Shown here: positions 28,219 to 37,845 of the stretch, one piece after another
Numbering within the stretch: the first letter of the stretch is position 1
Layout: every line of letters starts with the position of its first letter
Source: Acidobacteriota bacterium
GTDB taxonomy: Bacteria > Acidobacteriota > UBA6911 > JACQSX01
Direction of reading: 5' to 3'
Length of the DNA stretch: 47,490 bases
Assembly (NCBI GenBank): GCA_036507075.1
Contig: DASXQR010000100.1
Span: 1 to 47,490 of the forward strand
Notes under the pieces: model-generated
Databases searched by the model: none
Seen by the model: the letters and a program-made list of their open reading frames with translations, nothing else
Told to the model about the DNA's origin: nothing
Position numbers and translations under genes: made by a program

Positions 28219-29090
28219 TAAAAGTAGCAGCAGTTCAATTTAATCCCGAAATTGGAAAACCCGAGCGCAATCTGGAGCGGATGCTCCAGTATCTCGACCA
28301 GGCCGCCGCGACGGGTGTAAAGCTGGCCGTTTTCCCCGAAGCGGCTCTTTCCGGTTATGTTTTCGATGAAAGGAGCGAGGCGCTTTCCGTTGCAGAACCG
28401 GTACCCGGCCCGGGTAGCCGAAAGCTTGAAGAAAAGTGCGCCAAGCTGAATGTCTTCGCCGTCATGGGAATGCTGGAACGAGACGGCGAGCGTCTGTTCA
28501 ACACAGCCATATTGTGCGGGCCTGACGGGCTTCTCGGGCACTATCGCAAGACACATCTTCCTTTCCTGGGAGTGGACCGCTTCGCCACGCCCGGTGATTT
28601 TCCGCTTCACGTCTGCGATACACCGATCGGGAGGATCGGCGTGATGATCTGTTACGACCAGCGGTTCCCCGAAGTGGCCCGCTGCCTGGCGCTGCAGGGC
28701 GCCGATATCATTGTGCTTCCCACCAACTGGCCCGTGGGCGCGGAAAGCGCGCCGGAATTTATTCTGCGGACGCGCGCCTTGGAGAACCGGGTGTTTCTGA
28801 TTGGAGCAAACAGAGTGGGAACGGAACGGGGCGCGCGATTCATCGGGCGAAGCTGCATCCTGGATCCCGCGGGAAATCGAATCGCGGAAGCCGACGCCCA
28901 TTCAGAAACGCTGCTTGCAGCCGACATTGAGCCAACCAGGGCTCGCGAAAAGCGCATCGTGATTGAAAAAGGAAAATTCGAAATGGACACGGTCGGCGAC
29001 CGCCGCCCCGACCTGTACGGCGTGCTGACAGAGACTTCCCCAGGTCAGCCTGTCACAGTGGGTGTTATGAAGGGGAAAGAAGGGTTATGA
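28215..29090 (+). CDS. Carbon-nitrogen hydrolase (nitrilase superfamily)
   Basis: Catalytic Glu-Lys-Cys motifs VFPEA, YRKTHL and ICYDQRFPE, plus RALEN and DRRPDLY. It overlaps the upstream gene by ATGA. Confidence 0.92.
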   Translation: MIKVAAVQFNPEIGKPERNLERMLQYLDQAAATGVKLAVFPEAALSGYVFDERSEALSVAEPVPGPGSRKLEEKCAKLNVFAVMGMLERDGERLFNTAILCGPDGLLGHYRKTHLPFLGVDRFATPGDFPLHVCDTPIGRIGVMICYDQRFPEVARCLALQGADIIVLPTNWPVGAESAPEFILRTRALENRVFLIGANRVGTERGARFIGRSCILDPAGNRIAEADAHSETLLAADIEPTRAREKRIVIEKGKFEMDTVGDRRPDLYGVLTETSPGQPVTVGVMKGKEGL

Positions 29091-29248
29091 AGGGGAAGGA
29101 AGGGTTATGAAAGGGTATAAAGACCTTTTGGGAAATAGCCCGTCCAGCCTGCGATAACTAAAGCCTACCTGCACCGACAGAGCCGCGACCGGAAGAACGT
29201 GACCAAAAATCAGTACCGCGGGAACAGGATGGAGACGGCTACATTCTG

Positions 29249-29339
29249 TTCACCGCAGAGGCGCCGAGAACGCCAAGTTTGGCTGAGGTTGTGATAAAAC
29301 TCTGCGGAAACTCGGCGTTCTTTGCGGCTCTGCGGTGAA
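29249..29339. repeat. Palindromic element, family C, copy 3
   Basis: TTCACCGCAGAG...CTCTGCGGTGAA. The right arm is nearly identical to that of 12890-12982. Confidence 0.88.
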
Positions 29340-29480
29340 TGCTACGTGTCCGTCTACGGGCGGCTTCGATTTGGGCAGTACACCCTTCCGGTCGCGCTCT
29401 GTCGGTGCAGTCGGCCGGCACAGGCTGGACGGGCGTTTCCCCGCCCACCTCCAAGTTCAGTCTTTTTTTCGGGTTCCCTC

Positions 29481-29509
29481 TTGACAAGGAGCAAAATCTA
29501 GGCTACAAC
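29481..29509 (+). promoter_or_regulatory. Possible sigma70 promoter giving a long 5' UTR for the cold-shock gene
   Basis: TTGACA-N17-TACAAC, ~160 nt upstream of the ATG. The -10 box lacks the usual final T. Confidence 0.4.
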
Positions 29510-29670
29510 TGCGCCCACAATTGCTCTGAGGTGAGTTCGAGGCATTCAAACATCCTTCACATTCCGTTAAGCCAACCAATTTATTTGCCAGTTTTCCCTT
29601 TGTAGACTCGATGTCTTCATACCCCATGTGAAGAGTGTGATTTTGTTGAATTGCCCAGGAGGTGGGAGAG

Positions 29671-29883
29671 ATGAAAGTCACAGGCAAAGTGAAGTGGTTC
29701 AACAACGCCAAAGGTTATGGCTTTATCGAGCATGAACCGGGCGGACGCGATGTGTTTGTGCACTATTCCGCTATCAAAGAGGAAGGTTACAAAACACTGA
29801 AAGAGGGTCAGATGGTGGAATTCGACATCAGCCAGGGCCCGCGCGGACCACAGGCCGAGAACGTTGTAAAAGCAGTCAATTAA
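29671..29883 (+). CDS. Cold-shock protein (CspA family)
   Basis: [15 protein letters not shown] (RNP1), DVFVHYSAI (RNP2), [22 protein letters not shown] lies 8 nt before ATG 29671. Confidence 0.96.
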   Translation: MKVTGKVKWFNNAKGYGFIEHEPGGRDVFVHYSAIKEEGYKTLKEGQMVEFDISQGPRGPQAENVVKAVN

Positions 29884-30077
29884 ATTGATGTATCAGGGGG
29901 GGCGGGGCCTTCTGCCTTCAGAAAGCCTGCCCCTGGATGAATCCCGCCTCGGTGGGGGGCCGGAATTTCCGCTCAAAACACAGCCGTTAATCCGTTCAGG
30001 GCTTGGTGTGTCCGGCGCACGGTTGCCGATTTCTCAGCTCGGCAGAGCCGCAACCAAAGAAAAAGCCGACGACCTAA

Positions 30078-30171
30078 AGCCCGCCGCTTTTGGGCGGGCG
30101 ACGCAATTCCCACGGCTGCGCTTCGCTCCGCCGTGGGCCACAGGCTGACGCCCGCCAAAAGGCGGCGGGCT
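30078..30171. repeat. REP/BIME-like palindromic unit
   Basis: AGCCCGCCGCTTTTGGGCGGGCG (30078-30100) and an inverted copy (30149-30171) flank a CCCACGGC...GCCGTGGG hairpin. Confidence 0.7.
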
Positions 30172-30385
30172 GGTGCGCCACCGCTATTTAACTAATCTCA
30201 TTCTCGTAATTCAAAAAGCCCTTGATTGATTCGCTCATCCTTCCATCTTACCGGCCTGCCTTACTATCTTGGCATTCTTGGCGTTCTTGGCGGTTAAGTT
30301 TTTTGAATGATCCAGGCTGGCGCAGCCTCAAGGATTCTTCTCCCCGCCGATTATTGATATCCTTGATCTTTAGACTTCGAACTGA

Positions 30386-31771
30386 ATGGATTCACTCTAT
30401 CGCAAGATTCCTTCCGTCGACCGCGTGCTGCAGCATGATCGGTTGCGCCTGCTGCTCGAGACACATCCCCGCGAGCTGGTGGTGCACCAGGTTCAACGCG
30501 CGCTTTCCGAACTGCGTTCCCAAGTCCAAACAGATCCGGATTCCACAGCCCTGGAGGCCGATATCGCCAGATTGCCGGAGACCGTGGACCGCCTGCTTCG
30601 CCAGAGCATTCAACTTCCCCTGCGGCGCGTAATCAACGCCACCGGCGTTGTGATCCATACCAATCTGGGCCGCTCGCCGCTGGATCCCGAGGCGATCGAC
30701 TACCTGCGCGAAGTATCCAACGGCTATTGCAATATCGAATATGATCTAGAAACCGGAGGACGCAGTCACCGGGAAATTCATATCGAATCCGTTCTTGAGC
30801 AGATCACCGGCCACAAAGTTGCGGCTGCGGTTGTCAACAATAATGCCGCGGCGGTATTCCTGATTCTGGAAACGCTGGCCTCTGGAGGCGAGGTGATCGT
30901 GTCACGCGGCGAGCTGGTCGAAATCGGCGGATCATTTCGCATCCCGGAAATCCTGGAAAAGAGCGGCGCAAAACTGCGGGAAGTGGGCACCACCAACAAG
31001 ACACGAGCCGATGATTACGCGCGCGCCATCTCCAAAAACACGCGGCTGATCCTGCGAGTCCACCCGAGCAATTTTCACATCGTGGGATTCACCGAGCGGC
31101 CCGCGCTGCAGGAACTGGTGGAACTGGCGCGCCGGCACGAGTTGCCTTTGGTGGAAGATCTCGGCAGCGGATTGATTTCCGACAACCCGGCATTCGCGGA
31201 GACCGAGCCCACCGTGCGCAGCAGCCTCAATGCTGGCGTGGACCTGATCTGCTTCAGCGGCGATAAGCTCCTGGGAGCGACCCAGGCAGGAGTGATCCTC
31301 GGAAATCCCAAGTGGATCAAGCGCATCCGAAGCAATCCGTTGATGCGCGCTCTGCGTCTGGACAAGACAGGATACGCCATTCTGGTTCATTCTCTTTACC
31401 GATACCTGACCGGCGAAAAGGAGCGATTGCCGATCCACCATTTTCTCACGCTGGCAGTATCGGAATTGAAGACACGGGCCGAAAAGCTCTCCAAACAGGT
31501 CACGGCCGGGCGGGTGGAGCTGAGGGACTCATTTTCCCTGGTCGGCGGCGGCAGCGCCCCCGACGTGAAGATCGACACCATCGTGCTGGTTTTCGAGCCG
31601 GGGGAACGCTCCGCGGAAGCAATGCACCGCTTTTTGCGGCAGCAGGAGCCGCCGATCGTGGCGCGGATCGAAGAAAACCGGCTGATTGTGGACCTTCGGA
31701 CGGTCTGGCCCGACGACGACACAACTATCGCCGACGCCGTGAACCGCTTCTACCGCGCTTCCGACGCTTGA
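30386..31771 (+). CDS. selA: L-seryl-tRNA(Sec) selenium transferase (selenocysteine synthase)
   Basis: LYRKIPSVD, RRVINATGVVIHTNLGRSPL, VVNNNAAAV, SRGELVEIGGSFRIPE, EVGTTNKT, VHPSNF, EDLGSG, PLP-lysine FSGDKLLG, RALRLDK. It is full length at 461 aa. Confidence 0.96.
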   Translation: MDSLYRKIPSVDRVLQHDRLRLLLETHPRELVVHQVQRALSELRSQVQTDPDSTALEADIARLPETVDRLLRQSIQLPLRRVINATGVVIHTNLGRSPLDPEAIDYLREVSNGYCNIEYDLETGGRSHREIHIESVLEQITGHKVAAAVVNNNAAAVFLILETLASGGEVIVSRGELVEIGGSFRIPEILEKSGAKLREVGTTNKTRADDYARAISKNTRLILRVHPSNFHIVGFTERPALQELVELARRHELPLVEDLGSGLISDNPAFAETEPTVRSSLNAGVDLICFSGDKLLGATQAGVILGNPKWIKRIRSNPLMRALRLDKTGYAILVHSLYRYLTGEKERLPIHHFLTLAVSELKTRAEKLSKQVTAGRVELRDSFSLVGGGSAPDVKIDTIVLVFEPGERSAEAMHRFLRQQEPPIVARIEENRLIVDLRTVWPDDDTTIADAVNRFYRASDA

Positions 31772-33893
31772 AACCGGTCTCTGCGCCCGCTTTTTCCGCC
31801 AGAGCGAAATCAATCAGATGGCGATCGCGATCAATCTTGTCCACAACGATTCGTACTCTGTCACCCAGCCTGAAGATTCTGCCCGAGTTCTCGCCGATAA
31901 GACGGTGTGTCCGTTCGTCGAAGAAATAGTAGTCGTCCGGCATCTTGGATACGTGGATGAATCCTTCCACAAAGTGATCGAGCAGTTCGATGAACAGGCC
32001 GTTGTGGCGCACGCTGCTCACAAAGCCGTTGTACTCTTCACCCAACCGTCCGGACATGAATACGGCCATCAGCCATTTCATGATTTCACGCTCCGCTTCA
32101 TCCGCCCTGCGCTCGCGCTCCGAGCTCTGATCGGAGATTTCCCCCAGCATTCCCCGCCATTTCTCGCGTCCCGCTGAATTATCCAGCGCCTGCTTGAGAA
32201 GCCGGTGTACCACCAGGTCCGGGTAGCGGCGGATGGGAGAGGTGAAATGCGTGTAAAAGTGCGTCGCCAGCCCGAAGTGTCCCAGATTTTCGTCGCTGTA
32301 TCGAGCCTGCTTGAAAGAGCGCAGCATTATGTAGGAAAGGAATCGTTCTTCCGGCTTTCCGGAGAAGTTTTCGCTGAGGCGCTGGAAATCCCTGGCCGAG
32401 TATTCTTCTTTTTCGGGCCCGAGACTGTAGCCGAACTCCCGCACCAGGCGCGCAAATTCTTTGACCTTGAAGGGATCCGGCTCTTCGTGAACCCGGTAAA
32501 TCATCCCCCGATCGCGGGCCGTCAGATAGGTGGCCACGGTTTCGTTGGCCAGCAGCATGAATTCTTCAATCAGCCGGTGCGCTTCATTGCGCTCGCTCCG
32601 GACAATGTCAAACATCTCTCCGTTAACGTCGTACTCGATCTCCGCTTCCGGAAGATCAAAATCAATAGCTCCTTTGGCCTTTCTTTTTGCTGTGAGAATC
32701 CGGGAAAGCTCCAGCATCCATTCGAATCGTTCCGCCAGATCGCGGTATTTCTGCGTCAGAGCCGGATCATGATCAACCACGATCTTCTTTACCGCGGTAT
32801 AGGTCATGCGGGCGCGGCTGCGAATTACACTGTGGGCGAACCGGTAGCGGCCGACATTGCCCCGGCTGTCCACTTCCATGAAAACGGACATCGTCAGCCG
32901 GTCCTCATCGGGCCTCAGGCTGCACACATTGTTGGAAAGCTTTTCGGGCAGCATGGGGATCGCGCGGTCCGGAAAATAGACCGAGGTGCCGCGTACAAAG
33001 GCTTCCGTGTCCAGCGGCTGCCCTGCAGTTACGTAATGCGACACATCCGCGATGTGAACGCCCAGAAGAAACCCGTCTTTGGCGCGCTCAATCGAAATGG
33101 CATCATCAAAATCGCGCGCCGTTTCGCCGTCGATCGTGACAATCGGCTCATCTCTCAAGTCTTCGCGGCTTTCGATCTCCGCCCGGCCCGGCGCCCGGAT
33201 TGCCTCTGCTTCCTGCAGCACCTCATCGGGGAACTGCATCGGAATCTGGTTCTTGTAGCAAACAATTTTGAACTGGATCTCCGGATCGTCCGGAAAACCA
33301 AGCACCGCCTCGACCCTTCCCAGGGGCGGCTCAAAGCGTTTCGGCTGGGCCACGATATCTACGTTGACGATCTGACCCTCATGCAACTTGTCGGGCGATC
33401 CGGTGATCTGGATGGTGTAGTGATATCGCTCGTCCAGAGGAGTAACCATCCACTGGTCGCGATGGCGGAAGAGCTTGCCCACGACTTGTTCCTGGGAGCG
33501 CGACAGCACGCGCACCACTTTCCCTTCCAGCCTGCCGGCCCGGCCTTTGCGGGAAACCTGCACTTGGACTTTGTCGCCATGAACCGCATTGGCCAGATTA
33601 TCCGGAGGGATAAAAACATCCGGCAGATTCTCCCTTTCAATCACGACAAACCCGTATCCGTCGCGGTGCGTCGTCAGCCTTCCCGTCAGCAGATTCGCCG
33701 CCGGGCGGGCGCCCGCCGTGGAATAAAGGTTTTTCTTTACACGAGCCAACCGCCCGTCCTGAACCTCCGATTCGAGCCAGCGCCTGAGCTGCCGTCGCTC
33801 GTCGACATCCAAATCGAAATGTTCAATGATTTTCCTGAGTGTCACCGGTTTTCGTTCTCTCTGGATGAATTCGAGAATATCTCTGGTATTCAT
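31725..33893 (-). CDS. rnr: Ribonuclease R
   Basis: N-terminal HTH, HRDGYGFV cold-shock domain, TIDGETARDFDDA, HIADVS, LIEEFML, YTHFTSPIRRYPDLVVHR, S1 domain and basic tail. The start is placed at ATG 33893. Confidence 0.96.
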   Translation of the reverse strand: MNTRDILEFIQRERKPVTLRKIIEHFDLDVDERRQLRRWLESEVQDGRLARVKKNLYSTAGARPAANLLTGRLTTHRDGYGFVVIERENLPDVFIPPDNLANAVHGDKVQVQVSRKGRAGRLEGKVVRVLSRSQEQVVGKLFRHRDQWMVTPLDERYHYTIQITGSPDKLHEGQIVNVDIVAQPKRFEPPLGRVEAVLGFPDDPEIQFKIVCYKNQIPMQFPDEVLQEAEAIRAPGRAEIESREDLRDEPIVTIDGETARDFDDAISIERAKDGFLLGVHIADVSHYVTAGQPLDTEAFVRGTSVYFPDRAIPMLPEKLSNNVCSLRPDEDRLTMSVFMEVDSRGNVGRYRFAHSVIRSRARMTYTAVKKIVVDHDPALTQKYRDLAERFEWMLELSRILTAKRKAKGAIDFDLPEAEIEYDVNGEMFDIVRSERNEAHRLIEEFMLLANETVATYLTARDRGMIYRVHEEPDPFKVKEFARLVREFGYSLGPEKEEYSARDFQRLSENFSGKPEERFLSYIMLRSFKQARYSDENLGHFGLATHFYTHFTSPIRRYPDLVVHRLLKQALDNSAGREKWRGMLGEISDQSSERERRADEAEREIMKWLMAVFMSGRLGEEYNGFVSSVRHNGLFIELLDHFVEGFIHVSKMPDDYYFFDERTHRLIGENSGRIFRLGDRVRIVVDKIDRDRHLIDFALAEKAGAETGFKRRKRGRSGSRRRR

Positions 33894-33895
33894 GG

Positions 33896-34100
33896 GAGTT
33901 GCAAGTTCCGAGTTGCGAGTTACGGGGTTACGGGTTACGGGTTTCGGATTACGAGTTACGGGTCCACGAATTGTGAAGCGAGAATTCTTGTTTGAAACTG
34001 CCGATGTAACAAGTCTCGCCAATTTTCAATGCAATTCGCAACTCGCCAACCCGGAAACCGCACCTTCCCAACTCGGAACCCGAAACCCGCCAACCCGTAA
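33896..34100. repeat. Heptamer foldback (CGGGTTA/CGAGTT tract and complementary AACCCG/AACTCG tract)
   Basis: A tract at 33896-33965 and its complement at 34035-34100; same family as 16156-16340. Confidence 0.8.
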
Positions 34101-34997
34101 CTATTTCACAATCGGCCGCCGTTTCCCTTCCTCCTGCAGGAACTGGATGAAGGCCTGGGCGCCGGTGGTGAGCGACCGGCCCTTCTTGTAGATTACTCCC
34201 ACCGGCCGGTAGAACACCTGCGAGAAAGGGATCGAAACCAGGGTCCCTGCTTTGACCTCCTCACGGATGGCCAGTTCCGGAACGATGGAAAAGCCAAAGC
34301 CGACCTCCACAGAGCACTTGATGGTTTCGATATTGTCGAACTCCATCACATATTCCACAGTGATCTTCTCGGCTCGGAAAATCTTGTCAATCGCCTTCCG
34401 TATGGGAATGTCCCGCTCGAAGGCTACAAACCGCTGCCGATCCAGATCTTTGATGGAGATTTTCTTGCGGTCGGCCATGGTCGATCCGGGGGCCGTGATC
34501 AGCACCAGACGATCGTGGAAAAACGGCACGGTTTCGATCTGCGGGCGGGCCGCCGGATAGGGGACGATGCCGACGTCGATCAGGTTCTTGAGACAATCAT
34601 CGTAAATGCGGTTGGTCCGCTGGTACTCGAGATGAAGGTGAACGTCCGGATATTTGCGGATGAAGCGCCGCACAACTTCCGACATCTCGTGCAACCCGAC
34701 GCTGTAGACGGTGGCGACCTTTACCTTGCCGCTGATCTGGTCGCTTGGCTTGAGCTCGCTCTCCAGTTGCGCGAACCCGTTCAAAAGCTCCTTGGCGTGC
34801 TGATAAAAGACCTGGCCCTTTGCCGTGGGGGAGATTGCTTCCCTGCCCCGCTCCAGCAGTTTGACCTCGTAGTAGTCCTCCAGTTTCTTAATCATCTGGC
34901 TTACGGCGGACTGGGAGACATAATTCAGATCCGCCGCTCTGGAAAACCGGCCGGTCTCGATCAGGTCACAGAAAACCTTCAGCTCGTGAAAGTCCAT
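34101..34997 (-). CDS. LysR-family transcriptional regulator
   Basis: HTH FSRAADLNYVSQSAVSQMIKKLE, substrate-binding domain with FIRKYPDV and DNIETIKCSVEVGFGFSIVP; 298 aa. Confidence 0.94.
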   Translation of the reverse strand: MDFHELKVFCDLIETGRFSRAADLNYVSQSAVSQMIKKLEDYYEVKLLERGREAISPTAKGQVFYQHAKELLNGFAQLESELKPSDQISGKVKVATVYSVGLHEMSEVVRRFIRKYPDVHLHLEYQRTNRIYDDCLKNLIDVGIVPYPAARPQIETVPFFHDRLVLITAPGSTMADRKKISIKDLDRQRFVAFERDIPIRKAIDKIFRAEKITVEYVMEFDNIETIKCSVEVGFGFSIVPELAIREEVKAGTLVSIPFSQVFYRPVGVIYKKGRSLTTGAQAFIQFLQEEGKRRPIVK

Positions 34998-35185
34998 AAG
35001 CCTCTCTGAATATCGAAATGACTTTTTTTAATTTTACTAATATCTGGCGCGAAAATAAACTCTTGCTCAATTGAAACTGAGGGCCAGTAGAAGGACTTGG
35101 ATCGGATGCCCCTCCCAAAGATATCCGATTCCCTTCACCGGCGTACCTAAGGTCGCCCTGGCCCTCATCCCATTCCTGGTAATTA

Positions 35186-35540
35186 CAGCCACAAAGCCAC
35201 CAAGCGACAATGAGGGGTTATGAAGGGTTATGAAGGGTTATGAAGGGTTATGAAGGGGAAGGAAGGGTTATGAAGGGGAAGGAAGGGTTATGAAGGGTTA
35301 TGAAGAGGAAGGAAGGGGATAAGGACGAAGATCGCAATGTGAAGGTGGTAGCTTGGTGCCTTGGTGGTCAAAAAATTTGAACCGCCAAAACACCGCTACG
35401 AGACCCCGTAAACATCATTTTTGTAGAAAAGTTCGTTTCAATTCTGCAACCAGGATACTAAGCCAACAAAGGGTGAGTGGCCTGACGCCCCCCTTCCTTC
35501 CCCTTTATAACCCTTCATTCCCCTTCATTGTGGCCTTGTG
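35186..35540. repeat. Composite GAAGGGTTAT decamer foldback element, copy 1
   Basis: Decamer tract 35211-35320, core GCTTGGTGCCTTGGTGGTCAAA...TGAACCRCCAA, complementary tract ~35489-35530. Confidence 0.85.
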
Positions 35541-35685
35541 GCAACGAACCCCGTTTTAATATTGTCTTACCCGCGCGACCGCCCATAGAATAAGGCTTAG
35601 ACAGCCGTAGTTTGGCTTCCTTTTCTTCCAATCATAAGCGGGGCGTCGCCGGATTTCGGCAGGGCGCCTGAATGGGAGCGTTTCA

Positions 35686-36942
35686 GTGAGTCCGAAAGAG
35701 TTGATTTCGGAAAACCAGCGCCTGAAGGACGAAGTAGTCCGCCTGCGGGGAATTAGTCAACAGTTACAGGATCAGTTTGACAAGGATCGCCATGACAACT
35801 TGAGGCAGATTGACAGTCTGCGGCTGATGTTCGAAGTCGCAGGCAGCATCGCCGCCAGCCTGGATCTCAAGGAGCTGCTGCCCACCATCATGGCCGGCGC
35901 GACGCGCGTTCTGAATGCAGAAGCGAGTTCTCTGATCCTGGTGGACGAGGAGACAGGGGAGCTGTTTTTCGAGGTTGCCCTGGGAGAGAGGAGCAGAGAA
36001 ACACAGAGAATTCGGATGAAAAAGTCCAAGGGAATCGCCGGCTGGGTGTTGGACAATGCAAAAACACTGCTGGTGCCCGACGTATCCAAGGACCCGAGGC
36101 ATGCCAGGGATGTGGCCAAATCAATCGGGTTTGCCGTAAAGAGTATCCTTTGTTCGCCGCTGCGCCAGGCGGGCAAAGTCATCGGCGTGGTCGAGGTGTT
36201 GAATAAGAAGGGCTCGGAGGGTCCTTCCTTTTCCGAGGACGACATCCCGCTGTTTGAAGCCTTTGCAGACCAATCAGCCACGGCCATCTCCAAGGCGCGA
36301 GCCTACGGTGAACTGGCCGAACTGTCGGCAAATACTATTCGGGCGTTTGCCGCCACGCTGGATGCCCGTGATCCTTATACCTATGGTCATTCCGAGCGTG
36401 TGACAGAGTTTTCCCTCGCCATCGCCGACGAGATCGGGCTGTGTGAAGAGGATCGGCATCATCTTAAAAATGCCGCCCTGCTTCACGACGTCGGCAAGAT
36501 CGGGGTGCCGGATGCCATCCTTTTAAAGGCCGGCCGGCTAACCGACGCCGAGTACGAGGTGATGAAACAGCATCCGGTCATTGGATACAACATTGTCAGC
36601 TCGGTCAAACAGCTTCGTAAGAGTCTGGCCGGAATCCGCCACCACCATGAGCGCATCGACGGCCTTGGCTATCCGGATCGATTGAAAGGAAACGAGATTC
36701 CGCTTCAGGGAAGAATCCTGGCCGTGGCGGATTTTTTTGATGCTCTTACGTCAACGCGCGCTTATCGCGAAAGATTCGGCACTGCGCGCGTCCGCCAGAT
36801 CATGGAAGAAGTGAAAGGGTCATTTCATGATCCGGATCTGGTGGACGCCTTGTTCGCCGCTTACGAGAAGGGGTTGGTCATCGAACAGTCCCGCAGGACC
36901 GAGACGGAACGCGGCGTCCGACTAGAGGGAAGTCTGGGCTGA
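35686..36942 (+). CDS. GAF plus HD-GYP phosphodiesterase
   Basis: Coiled coil, GAF domain (LNAEASSLILVD...GIAGWV...SILCSPL...IGVVEVLNK), RDPYTYGHSERV, LLHDVGKIGV, HHERIDGLGYP. Confidence 0.92.
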   Translation: MSPKELISENQRLKDEVVRLRGISQQLQDQFDKDRHDNLRQIDSLRLMFEVAGSIAASLDLKELLPTIMAGATRVLNAEASSLILVDEETGELFFEVALGERSRETQRIRMKKSKGIAGWVLDNAKTLLVPDVSKDPRHARDVAKSIGFAVKSILCSPLRQAGKVIGVVEVLNKKGSEGPSFSEDDIPLFEAFADQSATAISKARAYGELAELSANTIRAFAATLDARDPYTYGHSERVTEFSLAIADEIGLCEEDRHHLKNAALLHDVGKIGVPDAILLKAGRLTDAEYEVMKQHPVIGYNIVSSVKQLRKSLAGIRHHHERIDGLGYPDRLKGNEIPLQGRILAVADFFDALTSTRAYRERFGTARVRQIMEEVKGSFHDPDLVDALFAAYEKGLVIEQSRRTETERGVRLEGSLG

Positions 36943-36951
36943 TTGGATGTG

Positions 36952-37190
36952 GGGATTATGAAGGGTTATGAAGGGTTATGAAGGGGGATGAGGGGGATGA
37001 AGGGGATGAAGGGTTATGAAGGGGGATGAAAGGAACGTGAAGTTTGGTGGCTTGGTGCCTTGGTGGTCAAAGAGAACTGAACCACCAAGACACCGAGCCC
37101 AACAAATAAGGAGTGCGTTTATGACTTCCATCCACAACGCTTCACCCCCTTCATAACCCTTCATAACCCTTCATTCCCCTTCATAACCCG
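36952..37190. repeat. Composite GAAGGGTTAT decamer foldback element, copy 2
   Basis: Decamer tract 36952-37032, the same core GCTTGGTGCCTTGGTGGTCAAA...TGAACCACCAA, and complement 37140-37190. Confidence 0.85.
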
Positions 37191-37197
37191 GCTCAAC

Positions 37198-37770
37198 TCA
37201 ATCCCTGGCAGAAGGAGGGGGGATGTCTTCTACCACATGGGCGTGCCAGGCGATCACTTTCCAGCCGCTGTAGGTTCTGGCAAAGATGACGGTGCCGCGG
37301 TAGGCGAGGGGCTTTCCATTTTCTCCGCTCCGCCCGGTCGAGCGAAGGTAAGTCACGAATGCGGCGTTTTCGTCGATAGGATAGGTCGTTACGTTTCGAA
37401 AGGACTGGGTTGTCTTGGGGATCTCTCTTCCCTGGAACGCTTGAAGGTAGTTGTCGTATCCGATGATTTCACTTTGAGAAATCCTCACCACCAGCTCGGG
37501 AATCTGGGCGAAGCCCTTCAGGAACTGATTTTTGTCCCCTTCTGCATAAGCATCCTTCCATTCATTGAATGCCTGTTCTACTTCCTCTTTAACTTTCTTG
37601 GGGTGGGTGGCCTCAGCCGTTTCCTTCTTCTTCGTAGCTGAATCGACAGGCTGCGAAGCCTTTTCTTTCGCGGCTGTGCCGGCTGGTCGTTTCTTAGCCT
37701 GGACTTTTTGAGCAGTCGCCGGGGCTGCGACGAATGAAAGCAGCAGGAGGATTACGGCAAATCGTTTCAT
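37198..37770 (-). CDS. Secreted NTF2/SnoaL-like (DUF4440-type) protein
   Basis: Signal peptide MKRFAVILLLLSFVAAPATA, a Lys/Ala-rich linker, WKDAYAEGD and a C-terminal RGTVIFARTYSGWKVIAWH. Confidence 0.75.
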   Translation of the reverse strand: MKRFAVILLLLSFVAAPATAQKVQAKKRPAGTAAKEKASQPVDSATKKKETAEATHPKKVKEEVEQAFNEWKDAYAEGDKNQFLKGFAQIPELVVRISQSEIIGYDNYLQAFQGREIPKTTQSFRNVTTYPIDENAAFVTYLRSTGRSGENGKPLAYRGTVIFARTYSGWKVIAWHAHVVEDIPPPSARD

Positions 37771-37845
37771 GTAGTCCCTCAGATTCTTGGCGTTCTTCGC
37801 GTTCTTTGCGGTGAAGTTTTTCAATTATCCGGGTTCGTCACACGT

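Noticed and set aside
29885..30385. tRNA-Sec (selC) upstream of selA
   Set aside because: No cloverleaf with a TCA anticodon loop, TTCGA T-loop and CCA end was found on either strand.
15689..33893. A single RNA-repair island of rtcB, csp and rnr
   Set aside because: The genes are separated by unrelated housekeeping genes and differ in orientation; there is no evidence of co-regulation.
32205..33995. 596-aa plus-strand ORF
   Set aside because: Antisense shadow of rnr with no recognisable motifs.
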